NCBI GenBank assembly: GCA_964592365.1
Contig: CAZQDL010000001.1
Span: forward strand, 146,989 to 210,988
Reading direction: 5' to 3'
Source of the DNA: an uncultured Candidatus Saccharibacteria bacterium
Lineage (GTDB): Bacteria > Patescibacteriota > Minisyncoccia > Phycocordibacterales > UBA1006
DNA: 64,000 nucleotides
The notes beneath the pieces are model-generated. The model searched no databases and was not told where the DNA came from. It saw only the letters and a list, made by a program, of their open reading frames with translations. The position numbers were made by a program, and so were the translations under genes. The stretch's first letter is position 1, and each line of letters begins with the position of its first letter. Positions 8,531 through 18,546 of the stretch are shown here, piece after piece.

Positions 8531-11500
8531 ATGAACAATAGTTTAAAAAAATCAGAAACAGCACATGCTGAAGAACGTATTCTCTCTTTTTGGAAGGATC
8601 AGAATATTTTTGAAAAAAGCCTTCTTGAAAAAACAAAAGGTGATTTTGTTTTCTATGACGGACCTCCTTTTGCAACAGGTCTTCCACACTATGGACACCT
8701 CTTAGCTGGTACTATTAAAGATATCATTCCACGATATATGACCATGAAGGGACACCATGTTTCTCGTACCTGGGGTTGGGATTGCCATGGATTACCTATT
8801 GAAAATCTTGTTGAAAAAGAACTTGGTCTTTCAAGTAAGAAAGATATCGAAGAGTATGGAATAGCAACTTTTAATCAAAAGGCTAGAGACTCAGTACTGC
8901 GATATGAACAAGAATGGAAACAGTATGTTCCGCGTTCAGGACGCTTCATTAATATGGACCAACCATATATGTCAATGCACACGAACTATATGGAATCAGT
9001 ATGGTGGATTTTTAGTCAGTTGCACAAAAAACAACTAACGAAACAGGGATTTAAACCAATGCACCTATGTCCTCGTTGTGAGACCACCCTTGCTAACTTT
9101 GAGGTAAATCAAGGGTATATGGATGTTACTGATATTTCTGCAACGGTTTCTTTTCAATTAGTGGATGAACCAGAAACACATTTTCTTGCTTGGACAACAA
9201 CCCCTTGGACGCTTCCAGGAAATGTTGCTTTGGCTGTTGGAAAAGATATTGAATATGTAAAAGTTTCAGAAGGTGATCTTAACTATATCGTTGCAAAAAA
9301 ATTATGTGATTTAGTATTTGAAGGAAGGACATATGAAATAGTAGATACTATGAAAGGATCTGATTTGATAGGAAAGAAATATCAACCAGTTTTCGATTAC
9401 TTCAAGAAAAATAATATTGAACATAGTGAACGTGGATGGCAGGTATATGAAGCTGACTTCGTGACAACTGAAGAGGGAACAGGGATTGTTCATATAGCTC
9501 CTGCCTTTGGTAGTGATGACATGGAATTAGGGGAAATACATAGACTCCCATTTATTCAACACGTTGGAAGGAATGGTGTTTTTATTGATTCATTTGCTGA
9601 AGGTTTTAAGGGAATGAAAGTAAAGGCAAAAGGAGATTGGATGACTGCTGATATTGAAATTATTAAATGGCTTGCTCACAACGGAAAACTATTTAGCAAG
9701 AAGAAATTAGTTCATAGCTATCCTCATTGTTGGAGATGCGATACACCGCTTTTGAATTACGCAACTTCATCTTGGTTTATCGATGTTCCTTCAATGAAAG
9801 AACGATTAATGGAACTTAATGCAAAGGTTAATTGGGTACCAGAACATGTTGGAGAGGGTAGATTTGGAAAATGGTTAGAGGGAGCTCGTGATTGGGCACT
9901 TTCTAGATCACGATTTTGGGGTACCCCTCTTCCTGTTTGGCAAAATGCATCAGCTACTGAGACCTTGGTAATTGGTTCCATTGAGGAATTGTTATCCCAT
10001 ATCCCATCTTCAGGTAATACATATATTGGAGTTCGCCATGGAGAATCAGTTTCAAATGCTACTGGAGAAATTAATGCAAAACGCGAATTACATAATCCAT
10101 TAACTGAAACAGGTAGGAAACAAGCTGAAAGTGAAGCACAGAAACTAAAAGATATGGCTATTGATTATCTCTTTGTTTCTCCATTTCAACGAACCATGGA
10201 AACAGCTTCAATTATCAAAGAACAACTAGGTCTTTCAGACTCACAAATCATCGTTGATGAACGACTTCGTGAGCGTAATCCTGGAGATTCATGGGAAGGA
10301 AAACAATGGCATGATGCACATACACAAGAAGAACGTGAACGTGATGGGGACTTTTGGAATTATAAACTGGAAGACAATGCTGAATCTATCGGTGATATAT
10401 ATAAGCGGGTAATGCCATTTCTGTTTGAACTTGAGGAAACCTATGCCGGAAAAAATATTGTTATCATTACCCATGGTGGGGTACTCAAAACCATTTTGTT
10501 TGGGTTAAAGCATCATGGTGATCATACAAAGGCACATGCTTTCTTTAATGAGACAGCACTTCCTTCAAATGCTGAATTGATTTCTCTTCCGTTCAAAAAA
10601 TTTCCTCACAATGATGAATATGAAATTGACTTACATAGACCATATCTAGATACCGTTACACTAATTGATAGTAACGGGGAAGAAATGAAGCTCTTAGGAG
10701 ATGTGTTTGATGTGTGGTTTGATTCTGGATCAATGCCATATGCCCAAGTTCACTATCCTTTTGAGAATAAAGATTTGTTTGAAGAACAGAGGTTCCCAGC
10801 TCAATTCATTGCAGAAGGGCTTGACCAGACACGAGGTTGGTTCTATGTTCTTTCGGTATTAGGAGTAGCACTTTTTGATACTATTCCGTTTGAAAACGTA
10901 ATAGTAAATGGTTTGATACTGGCAGAAGATGGAAAGAAAATGTCTAAATCATTAAATAACTATCCAGATCCACATGAAATGTTTAATTCAGTTGGAGCTG
11001 ATGCGATAAGACTGTATCTAATTGCATCGCCTGCAGTACGAGGTGAAGAATTTGCTTTCTCTGAAAAGTCAGTAAGAGATGTAAGTAGTAAGGTAATGGG
11101 TCGTATGAGAAATGTGGTTAACCTTTATACCACCTACAAAGCTAACGTTGACCATACCTATTCATTTGATTCTCAGAATGTTCTTGATATATGGATGCAG
11201 GCAAGATTAATTGAACTTCTTCATGATGTTCAATCAGGTCTTGAAGTATATCAATTAGATAAAGCAGCTCGTCCAATATTTGATTTCGTTGATGATTTTT
11301 CGACATGGTACGTACGTAGAAGTCGTGACCGATATAAGATGGGGGAGGAAAAAGATATGCACGATGCTCTTGCAACCACAAGAATGTCGCTTAAAGTTTT
11401 TGCACAAATATCAGCACCATTTGTTCCATTCCTCTCAGAGGAAATATGGCAAATGCTCAGGGAAGATGATTCTGAACTTGAAGAATCAGTTCACCTATCT

Positions 11501-12001
11501 TCTTGGCCAACTTTAGAATTAAACGAAGGTCATATTAGCGCTTTGGAAAGTATGAAGCGTGTTCGTGAGATTGTATCAGAAGGATTGCAAATGAGGTCTG
11601 ATTCTGGAATAAAAGTTAGGCAACCATTATCTTCATTACAAGCTCCGTTAGAAGGACTTCATGAGGAATATCACCTACTTATCACCGACGAACTAAATGT
11701 AAAAAAACTCGTTTCTGGAGATAAGTATGTTCTTGATACTGAAGTAACCAACGAACTTCAATTAGAGGGAGACGTTCGAGAGTTACTTCGTTTCATACAA
11801 ATATTTAGAAAGGATCAGGGGCTTGATGCTCATGATACTATTACCCTAAGTATATCTACTTCAGATGAAGGAAGAAATATTATTGAATCTCATATACAAG
11901 AGATTAAAAATACAGCTTCTATAAATGAAATCGTATTTCAGGAAAACGAAGGAACAACTGTTGAAGTAAGAGATGTTAGTTTTACGCTTAGTATTATGTA
12001 A
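8531..12001 (+). CDS. ileS: isoleucyl-tRNA synthetase with an inserted histidine-phosphatase (PGAM-like) domain; ORF track starts at 8486 but MNNSLKK at 8531 is the likely start
   Basis: HYGH, PHCWRC and KMSKS motifs. A roughly 200-aa block (about nt 10000-10640) has RHGE, LTETGRKQA, SPFQRTMETA and ITHGG motifs of the histidine phosphatase superfamily. Confidence 0.9.
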   Translation: MNNSLKKSETAHAEERILSFWKDQNIFEKSLLEKTKGDFVFYDGPPFATGLPHYGHLLAGTIKDIIPRYMTMKGHHVSRTWGWDCHGLPIENLVEKELGLSSKKDIEEYGIATFNQKARDSVLRYEQEWKQYVPRSGRFINMDQPYMSMHTNYMESVWWIFSQLHKKQLTKQGFKPMHLCPRCETTLANFEVNQGYMDVTDISATVSFQLVDEPETHFLAWTTTPWTLPGNVALAVGKDIEYVKVSEGDLNYIVAKKLCDLVFEGRTYEIVDTMKGSDLIGKKYQPVFDYFKKNNIEHSERGWQVYEADFVTTEEGTGIVHIAPAFGSDDMELGEIHRLPFIQHVGRNGVFIDSFAEGFKGMKVKAKGDWMTADIEIIKWLAHNGKLFSKKKLVHSYPHCWRCDTPLLNYATSSWFIDVPSMKERLMELNAKVNWVPEHVGEGRFGKWLEGARDWALSRSRFWGTPLPVWQNASATETLVIGSIEELLSHIPSSGNTYIGVRHGESVSNATGEINAKRELHNPLTETGRKQAESEAQKLKDMAIDYLFVSPFQRTMETASIIKEQLGLSDSQIIVDERLRERNPGDSWEGKQWHDAHTQEERERDGDFWNYKLEDNAESIGDIYKRVMPFLFELEETYAGKNIVIITHGGVLKTILFGLKHHGDHTKAHAFFNETALPSNAELISLPFKKFPHNDEYEIDLHRPYLDTVTLIDSNGEEMKLLGDVFDVWFDSGSMPYAQVHYPFENKDLFEEQRFPAQFIAEGLDQTRGWFYVLSVLGVALFDTIPFENVIVNGLILAEDGKKMSKSLNNYPDPHEMFNSVGADAIRLYLIASPAVRGEEFAFSEKSVRDVSSKVMGRMRNVVNLYTTYKANVDHTYSFDSQNVLDIWMQARLIELLHDVQSGLEVYQLDKAARPIFDFVDDFSTWYVRRSRDRYKMGEEKDMHDALATTRMSLKVFAQISAPFVPFLSEEIWQMLREDDSELEESVHLSSWPTLELNEGHISALESMKRVREIVSEGLQMRSDSGIKVRQPLSSLQAPLEGLHEEYHLLITDELNVKKLVSGDKYVLDTEVTNELQLEGDVRELLRFIQIFRKDQGLDAHDTITLSISTSDEGRNIIESHIQEIKNTASINEIVFQENEGTTVEVRDVSFTLSIM

Positions 12002-12031
12002 AAAAACCACGAGAATATCTCGTGGTTTTTA
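12001..12031. terminator. bidirectional rho-independent terminator (ileS and the convergent 12032..12376 gene)
   Basis: A6-ACCACGAGA-ATA-TCTCGTGGT-T5, perfect 9-bp stem. Confidence 0.75.
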
Positions 12032-12376
12032 CTATGCACTTAGTGCCTGTGTGTGGTGGTATAAAATGTTTTTTACCTTTTCGCAAATCATTTCATCAAC
12101 TTTTTCCATTTCTTGGTCATGACTTAGAATTAAGTTCTGAGTTTTTGAAAACCGAGAAAATCTTTGGATTTTTTGAAATGGTTTAATCTTTTTTAAGTGT
12201 AAAGATTCTTTAATTTTTTCTATAAATTCTTCTTCACTTGAAGATTTTACAAAAATTACTTCAAAAGTTCTTTTACCCCCTATTTTTTGAATAACAGATA
12301 ATCTTAATTCTTTTCCTTTTTTGCAAAGGAAAACTTTTGATTCGTGATCGCTTAATTTCAATTTGGTGTTTACCAT
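12032..12376 (-). CDS. hypothetical protein (114 aa)
   Basis: Intact ORF convergent with ileS. No motif recognised. Confidence 0.5.
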   Translation of the reverse strand: MVNTKLKLSDHESKVFLCKKGKELRLSVIQKIGGKRTFEVIFVKSSSEEEFIEKIKESLHLKKIKPFQKIQRFSRFSKTQNLILSHDQEMEKVDEMICEKVKNILYHHTQALSA

Positions 12377-12461
12377 TTTTTAAGTTTTAGTTAGGAAATT
12401 ATTTTACCTAAATATATAAGTGGAGTGTAATTTGTCAATTTTTGGGTATACTCAATTCATG

Positions 12462-13028
12462 TCACATGCCATATATCAAACACCTGCCGTGATATTGAAA
12501 ACTCGAAATTATCAAGAGTCAAATAAGCTTCTTGTTATGTATACAAGAGATTTTGGTTTGGTATATGTAGCAGCCCAATCTCTTCGATCTGCTCAGTCAA
12601 AGATGAAATACCATACCTTGCTGTATAGTTTGGTTGAAATTGATGTTGTTAAAGGAAAAGACCTTTGGAGATTAACAGGAATTCATCAACAAATATCTTC
12701 CTTATCTTTTGTTCAAAAGAATTGGTTTCCTCTTCTTGAAAAGTTTGCATCACTTCTTGTTCGCTTGATTCCAGGCGAAGAGCCTCATTTGGAAGTTTGG
12801 AATGAATTAGAAAATCTTTATACGCTTATTGAAAATGATGAATATCATGAATCGATTGAGTATATTCTTATCGCAAGAATATTGTACTACTTGGGATATT
12901 GGTCGAGTAACGAACCAATTATCCTTGATGAAAATCCATATACAGAAGGTATGTATCAGTGGGTACAGGAGCACAAAAAGGAACTTGTTGTAAAGATAAA
13001 TCAAGGATTAAATGATTCACAGCTGTGA
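12462..13028 (+). CDS. recO: DNA repair protein RecO, short form without the zinc-finger C-terminus (ORF track start 12420)
   Basis: N-terminal OB-fold pattern (AVILKTRNYQESNKLLVMYTRDFGLVYVAAQSLRS...) resembling RecO. A TATACT -10 lies 11 nt upstream of the 12462 ATG. Confidence 0.55.
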   Translation, partial: SHAIYQTPAVILKTRNYQESNKLLVMYTRDFGLVYVAAQSLRSAQSKMKYHTLLYSLVEIDVVKGKDLWRLTGIHQQISSLSFVQKNWFPLLEKFASLLVRLIPGEEPHLEVWNELENLYTLIENDEYHESIEYILIARILYYLGYWSSNEPIILDENPYTEGMYQWVQEHKKELVVKINQGLNDSQL

Positions 13029-13057
13029 GACACGGTATTGTTTGATATACTATTGAT

Positions 13058-14977
13058 ATGAAGCAAGATCCGGTAAATAAAAGAAAACTTTCCATTGATG
13101 AATTAAACGAACAGTTGTACTACTCAAAAGAAGAGTCTGGTCACAGACCTCGAAGAGTTATTCATAATAGAGATATAGAGCTCGAGCATGATTTTCCTGA
13201 AGATGATTTAGAAAAATGGAGACAGCGGCATAAAGAGGAAAAGTTACCAGCCTCTTTCTACAAAAAAGTATTTTTTGGTGTTCTATTTTTCTTTCTCGTT
13301 ACTGTTGTTGTAGCCTTTCTTTCAGTGTATCAAGGAAAGAAGACAGTTTCAGGTGACAGAATTTCGATGGAGATTTTAGCCCGACCTTTTATGGACGGGG
13401 GAGAGAATCTTGAAGTTCAAGTTAGAATTCAAAATTATAATGAACAGCCACTTGAAATACCTGATCTATTAATTTCATATCCAAAGGATTCACGTAATAA
13501 AGAAGAACTTACGTTCATGAGAAGATCTCTTGAGGATATTCCTCTTGATGGTCAAAGTATTGAAGAATTTGATATAACCTTGTTTGGACAAGAAGGAGAA
13601 GTTCGTGAGATTAAGGCAACTCTTGAATACCGAATACCTGGTTCAACCGCTATCTTCCTTAAGGAAGCAACCCATGAGGTCATCATACGATCAACTCCTT
13701 CCGTATTTACGGTAAGTGCACCTTCTGAAGTGGTGAGAAACCAACCATTCACCTTTAATATTTCAGCAGCATCAAATGCTAATACTGTTATTAATGACAG
13801 TTTAGTAACCATAAATTACCCTCGTGGTTTTGAATTTATTAGTGCTAATCCAGAACCAGATATCTTGAATAATACTTGGGCTATTCCATTTCTAAAAGAT
13901 GAACCTGAAATCATCACAGTAACTGGAAAACTCTCAGCTTTTGAAGGGCAAGCCCAATCGTTCAGACTTAATTTTGGAAGTAGAAATGAAGCAAAACAAT
14001 CTGAAATTGAAACAGTATACAATGCACTTGTTCATACGGTTGAAATAATTACTCCATTTATTAATGCAAATCTTTTGGTAAATGGAGAAAGAACTCCAAC
14101 CTTGAGAATTAAAGGAGGAGAAGAAATTTCTGGAGAACTTCAATTTACTAATACACTTGATGATGTTCTTCGTGATGTTGTTATTACCTTAGGTATTGAT
14201 GGTGAGCTATATAACACTCAAGGAGTTCGAGCACAAAATGGATTCTTTAATTCAAATACCAATTCCATTACCTGGGATAAGGGAACATTGAGTAATTTGG
14301 AAGCTCTTCAATCAAAAGAACAATTAAGTGTTTCCTTCACCTTACCTACACAAGAACTCATTGGAAGAACTGGTGCATTACTTAAACCAACATTAAGTCT
14401 TTCTGTTGATGTTGCTGGTAGCGAATCTAATGGAAGGAGAAGGGAAGCACAAAATATTACTGAAGTTTTGGTTTTAGCAAATTCAGATATTCAATTTAAT
14501 ACATCACTTGAATATGGAACTGGTCCATTCCAAAACTATGGACCAATGCCACCTTTAGTGAATACTGAAACAAGTTATACCTTAAACTTAGAAGTTCAAA
14601 ATTCTTCAAATGAGGTACGTGATGCAGAACTTTCTTTCTTCCTTCCAAGCTACGTTGAATACAAAGAGGTAATGGCACCTTCACTTGAACGTACAAAGGT
14701 AAGTTATAATCCGCAAACACGTGAAATTACTTGGAAAATTGGTGACTTGCGTGCTGGACTTGGTATTAATGAGACAAAGGGAAAGACCCTCTCACTTCAA
14801 TTAATAGTATCTCCTTCGCTTTCACAAGTTGGTAGCCCAATTAATATAACTTCAGATATTATTTTGACAGGATTCGATACCTTTACTGATACTCGTTTAA
14901 ACTTTAAAAAAGTTGGGGTAAAGAATATTCTCTCAAATCAACAAGAGCAAGGAGCATCTGGAAGAATTTCTCAATAA
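13058..14977 (+). CDS. large cell-surface protein (type II membrane anchor, repeated beta-rich extracellular domains)
   Basis: Basic N-terminus, single TM (FFGVLFFFLVTVVVAFLSV), about 550 aa of S/T/N-rich repetitive extracellular sequence. Confidence 0.6.
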   Translation: MKQDPVNKRKLSIDELNEQLYYSKEESGHRPRRVIHNRDIELEHDFPEDDLEKWRQRHKEEKLPASFYKKVFFGVLFFFLVTVVVAFLSVYQGKKTVSGDRISMEILARPFMDGGENLEVQVRIQNYNEQPLEIPDLLISYPKDSRNKEELTFMRRSLEDIPLDGQSIEEFDITLFGQEGEVREIKATLEYRIPGSTAIFLKEATHEVIIRSTPSVFTVSAPSEVVRNQPFTFNISAASNANTVINDSLVTINYPRGFEFISANPEPDILNNTWAIPFLKDEPEIITVTGKLSAFEGQAQSFRLNFGSRNEAKQSEIETVYNALVHTVEIITPFINANLLVNGERTPTLRIKGGEEISGELQFTNTLDDVLRDVVITLGIDGELYNTQGVRAQNGFFNSNTNSITWDKGTLSNLEALQSKEQLSVSFTLPTQELIGRTGALLKPTLSLSVDVAGSESNGRRREAQNITEVLVLANSDIQFNTSLEYGTGPFQNYGPMPPLVNTETSYTLNLEVQNSSNEVRDAELSFFLPSYVEYKEVMAPSLERTKVSYNPQTREITWKIGDLRAGLGINETKGKTLSLQLIVSPSLSQVGSPINITSDIILTGFDTFTDTRLNFKKVGVKNILSNQQEQGASGRISQ

Positions 14978-14999
14978 AAAAGCTAGCAATAGCTTTTTT
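14975..14999 (+). terminator. rho-independent terminator
   Basis: AAAAGCTA-GCAA-TAGCTTTT with GNRA loop, then T-run. Confidence 0.7.
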
Positions 15000-15015
15000 A
15001 TATTGCCAAAGGAAT

Positions 15016-16410
15016 ATGGTGAGATACACTACATGTATGAGTATTGATTTAAGTATGGAAAAAATTCAAACCCTTTGTAAAAACAGAGGATTCATTTTTC
15101 AATCAGGAGAGCTATATGGTGGAATGGCTGGTATTTATGACTACGGACCACTTGGAACCTTGCTTAAGAATAATATTAAAAAAGCATGGACAGATAAATT
15201 TGTAATGAATCGAAATGATTCTTTTCTTCTTGATTCTGCAATCCTTATGGGTGAAGCACCTTTAACAGCATCAGGGCACGTAGGTGGTTTTTCTGACCCT
15301 CTTACCACAGACCTTGTTACGAACAAACGTTATCGAGCTGATCATATTTTAGAAGAGCATGGACATAGTCCACTTGGTCTTTCACTTGATGAAATGACTG
15401 CACTTATTTCAAAAGAGCAAATTTTATCTCCTGATGGAAATAAATTAAGTGAGGTTAAACAATTTAACCTTATGCTTGAGACTAAGTTAGGAGCAAATGA
15501 AGATTCCCAGTCTAAAGCATATTTGAGACCAGAAACAGCACAGGGTATTTTTATAAATTACAAAAATATTACTGATAGTATGCATCCAAAAATCCCTTTT
15601 GGAGTTGGTCAAATTGGCAAGGCATACAGAAATGAAATTACCCCTAGAAACTTTATCTTTAGACTACGAGAATTAGAACAACTTGAGTATGAATATTTTA
15701 TTCATCCAGATCAATGGGAAGAACAATTTGAATACTGGAAAGATGAAGTTCAAGAGTTCCTTATCGAATTAGGTATTGATGCTAGTCGTTTACATGCAGT
15801 TGAAATTGGTCCTGAAGATAGGGCTCATTATTCTAAGCGAACTATTGATTTTGAATTTACCTATCCGTTTGGGCAGAAAGAATTATTTGGTTTAGCATAC
15901 CGAGGAGACTATGATTTAAAAAAGCATAGTGAAGCTTCAAAAACAAAGTTACAGTACGTTGATCCATATACTGGAGAAGTATATATCCCTCATGTTATTG
16001 AACCTTCTGTTGGAGTTGATCGATTGATGTTGGCACTTCTGGTATCTTCATATGTTGAAGATGAAATTGACGGAAATTCAAGAACTTATTTGAAACTCGA
16101 TCCAAATCTAGCACCATATACCATTGCTATTTCTCCGTTAGTGAAGAATAAGGAGGATATAGTAACTCTTGCTCAGGAAGTGTTTGGAGCTCTGAAATAT
16201 GAATTTAAATCTGTTGTTTATGATGATAATGGAAATATAGGAAAACGATATCGAAGGCAGGACGAAATAGGGACGCCATTCTGTATCGTTGTTGATTATG
16301 ATTCACTTGAAGATAATACTGTTTCTATTAGATTCCGTGATACGGCACAACAAGAACGTGTTGCTGTTGATAAATTATCTGCATTTTTTAAACAACATCT
16401 AGAAAAATAA
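15016..16410 (+). CDS. glyQS: glycyl-tRNA synthetase, alpha2 (archaeal/eukaryote-like) type; alternative start MEKIQ at 15055
   Basis: RGFIFQSGELYGGMAGIYDYGPLG N-terminus and class II motifs typical of dimeric GlyRS. Confidence 0.85.
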   Translation: MVRYTTCMSIDLSMEKIQTLCKNRGFIFQSGELYGGMAGIYDYGPLGTLLKNNIKKAWTDKFVMNRNDSFLLDSAILMGEAPLTASGHVGGFSDPLTTDLVTNKRYRADHILEEHGHSPLGLSLDEMTALISKEQILSPDGNKLSEVKQFNLMLETKLGANEDSQSKAYLRPETAQGIFINYKNITDSMHPKIPFGVGQIGKAYRNEITPRNFIFRLRELEQLEYEYFIHPDQWEEQFEYWKDEVQEFLIELGIDASRLHAVEIGPEDRAHYSKRTIDFEFTYPFGQKELFGLAYRGDYDLKKHSEASKTKLQYVDPYTGEVYIPHVIEPSVGVDRLMLALLVSSYVEDEIDGNSRTYLKLDPNLAPYTIAISPLVKNKEDIVTLAQEVFGALKYEFKSVVYDDNGNIGKRYRRQDEIGTPFCIVVDYDSLEDNTVSIRFRDTAQQERVAVDKLSAFFKQHLEK

Positions 16411-16433
16411 TCACAAGTATTTGTGATTTTTTC
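16407..16433 (+). terminator. rho-independent terminator after glyQS
   Basis: AATCACAA-GTAT-TTGTGATT plus T-run; overlaps the stop codon. Confidence 0.65.
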
Positions 16434-16439
16434 ATAACT

Positions 16440-17108
16440 ATGGGTACAATACATGATATGTATAAATATCAATTACGAAACATAATACCTTCGTTAGCAT
16501 TAATTGCGATGAGCTCGGTGATTATGTCTCTTGCACGTCCATTTCTATCTGATTCATATTCATACGTATACATGAATTGGAATCTTTTCTTGGGAATCGT
16601 TCCCTTGTTCTTTGCTTGGCTATATCAAAGAAATATTGGAGGAAAATTCACGAGAATACTATGGTTCACAGCATGGATATTATTTTTACCAAATGCTCCA
16701 TACATGATTACTGATTTTATTCATATTGCAGATATTGGACCTCGAAGTATTCATTGGTATGACGGTTTAATGCTCTTTGGATATGCATGGTCAGGAATTC
16801 TTGTGTGGATTCACACTACAGCGATGATGTATACCAAGTTTTCATCAAAGTTATTTGTTCCAATTGTGGCATTATTTACCGCCATCGGATTATATCTTGG
16901 TCGATATATTCGTTTCAATTCATGGGATATGATCCTGAAACCTGTGGATATTCTTAATCAAATTTCTGATACCTTTACGCAACCTCTTGATCATGAACCA
17001 TTTCTTCTCTTCACTACTGTTTTTTGGGTATTCTTAATGCTCATATATGTGGGGCATACTAATCTTCATGGTATATCAGTTGCCCAACAACAAAAAAAAG
17101 AATCTTAG
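16440..17108 (+). CDS. integral membrane protein (DUF1361-like, low confidence)
   Basis: Multiple TM helices; LPNAPYMITDFIH motif. Confidence 0.45.
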   Translation: MGTIHDMYKYQLRNIIPSLALIAMSSVIMSLARPFLSDSYSYVYMNWNLFLGIVPLFFAWLYQRNIGGKFTRILWFTAWILFLPNAPYMITDFIHIADIGPRSIHWYDGLMLFGYAWSGILVWIHTTAMMYTKFSSKLFVPIVALFTAIGLYLGRYIRFNSWDMILKPVDILNQISDTFTQPLDHEPFLLFTTVFWVFLMLIYVGHTNLHGISVAQQQKKES

Positions 17109-17122
17109 GATTCTTTTTTTTC
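17092..17122. terminator. bidirectional terminator embedded in the overlapping 3' ends of two convergent genes
   Basis: A8-AAGAATC-TTAG-GATTCTT-T8. The stop codons of both genes (17106-08 on + and 17105-07 on -) lie in the loop, and both proteins end in KKES. Confidence 0.6.
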
Positions 17123-18484
17123 TGAAGAAAGTGCCAAACTTTCAGCAACCGCTTTTAGATACCTTGGTTTGTACCAATATATCATTACCGAAGTGATAAC
17201 ATTGATTACTAGTATCGTGATAATAGTCGTGATAGTAAAGAATGAATTTGCTTCGATAAGTCCAGTTGAACTTGCTATTCCAAGAACCACGAAAGCGATA
17301 ATATCATAGGGAAGCATTCCGAACCCTAAAAGTGTGGCTTCGTGTCGCGGAAGTTTTGACTTCCTTCTTCCTGCTATATACGCAGACCAAAATTGGAAGA
17401 AGGAGATAGTGATACCAATAAGTATTGCATACAAGATAACAAGATTAATTTGAGAAAGATCAGCAACTAGCTGTGATCCTAGGTGAATAAAGAAAATCGG
17501 ACCAATCCATTCTTGAACGAAGTAGAAAAATACTCCAAGATTCTTGTGTGTAATAGGTGTTTCTTCATGGGTTACATCACTGACTTCAGTTTCATGATAC
17601 ATCTCAACGTGAAGCATAAGCCCAACAAGATATGCAGTAATTGATGGGTGAAGTCCTAAGTGGTGTGCAAGCCACGCAAGACCAAAAATCAAAAGCAGTG
17701 TCATTGGAATACCGATTCTCATATTTGCCATTAATTTTGATATTTCATAAAAACCAGGAGCCTGTCGTATTTTGTAGATGAAGTAAGTAATACGAGCCAT
17801 AATCCCGTCACGCTGAAAGGCATTAGGAATATTCATTCGCATGTGCATTCGAGCATCAGGGAGAATCAATAAACCAAGAGCCCCAAAGAGTCCGAAGGCA
17901 GTGAGAATAAGTCCAATTTGCTTAAACAATTCAAGCCATATTGCTGAAAAATTTGTATCACCATTTCCACTTGCAACTAAGAGTGCATATGCAGGGAGAA
18001 TACCAACAGCAAGTAATACGCTGATAAAGTTATCAGCAACAGCAGATGCAGTTGCTGCTTTTGCTGCCGGAGTATCATCTAAACCTAAACTTCTTAATAC
18101 TCCAATAGTGTATGGAATTGCTGTTGAGGTAAAAATGAATCCAGCAACCATCGCTTCTTGCATAGAAAAGTTCAATAGTGAATAGGCGATATAGGCACCG
18201 ATAAATGGTCCTAATGCACCCGTGAGTGCAACCCATTTATTTTTCCAAACGTCAGCGATAAAGGTAAGTAAGTCTTCTCTCCAACCAGCATAGAACATGA
18301 TGAAAACAACTCCTAATAAGGACCAATTTTCTAGATAACTTGGATCAATATTAAAAATATATTGAGTACCAACTAATCCAAGAAGAATATACCAAAGAAT
18401 ATCTACGGTTCCTGTTAATTTCGCTATTACCTTTGAGGCAAAAATAATAGCAACTAATTGTGTTAATAATTGAATAAATTCCAT
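17105..18484 (-). CDS. cation/proton antiporter (Na+/H+ exchanger family)
   Basis: 459 aa with about 12 TM helices; ILLGLVGTQ...FIMFYAGWREDL resembles the CPA-family signature region. Confidence 0.6.
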   Translation of the reverse strand: MEFIQLLTQLVAIIFASKVIAKLTGTVDILWYILLGLVGTQYIFNIDPSYLENWSLLGVVFIMFYAGWREDLLTFIADVWKNKWVALTGALGPFIGAYIAYSLLNFSMQEAMVAGFIFTSTAIPYTIGVLRSLGLDDTPAAKAATASAVADNFISVLLAVGILPAYALLVASGNGDTNFSAIWLELFKQIGLILTAFGLFGALGLLILPDARMHMRMNIPNAFQRDGIMARITYFIYKIRQAPGFYEISKLMANMRIGIPMTLLLIFGLAWLAHHLGLHPSITAYLVGLMLHVEMYHETEVSDVTHEETPITHKNLGVFFYFVQEWIGPIFFIHLGSQLVADLSQINLVILYAILIGITISFFQFWSAYIAGRRKSKLPRHEATLLGFGMLPYDIIAFVVLGIASSTGLIEANSFFTITTIITILVINVITSVMIYWYKPRYLKAVAESLALSSEKKES

Positions 18485-18546
18485 GGGAATAGTTTACCAT
18501 GAATAGGAATAATGCTGATACGTGCTGAACGTGATATGATAGAAAT

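Noticed and set aside
8415-8687. 90-aa minus-strand ORF overlapping the ileS start
   Set aside because: It is antisense to the ileS 5' end and leader and has no homolog-like features. Similar antisense ORFs inside glyA, ileS, tuf, rplC and others (e.g. 386..592, 9311..9493, 39307..39522, 40195..40752) are treated as non-coding shadows of AT-rich coding sequence.
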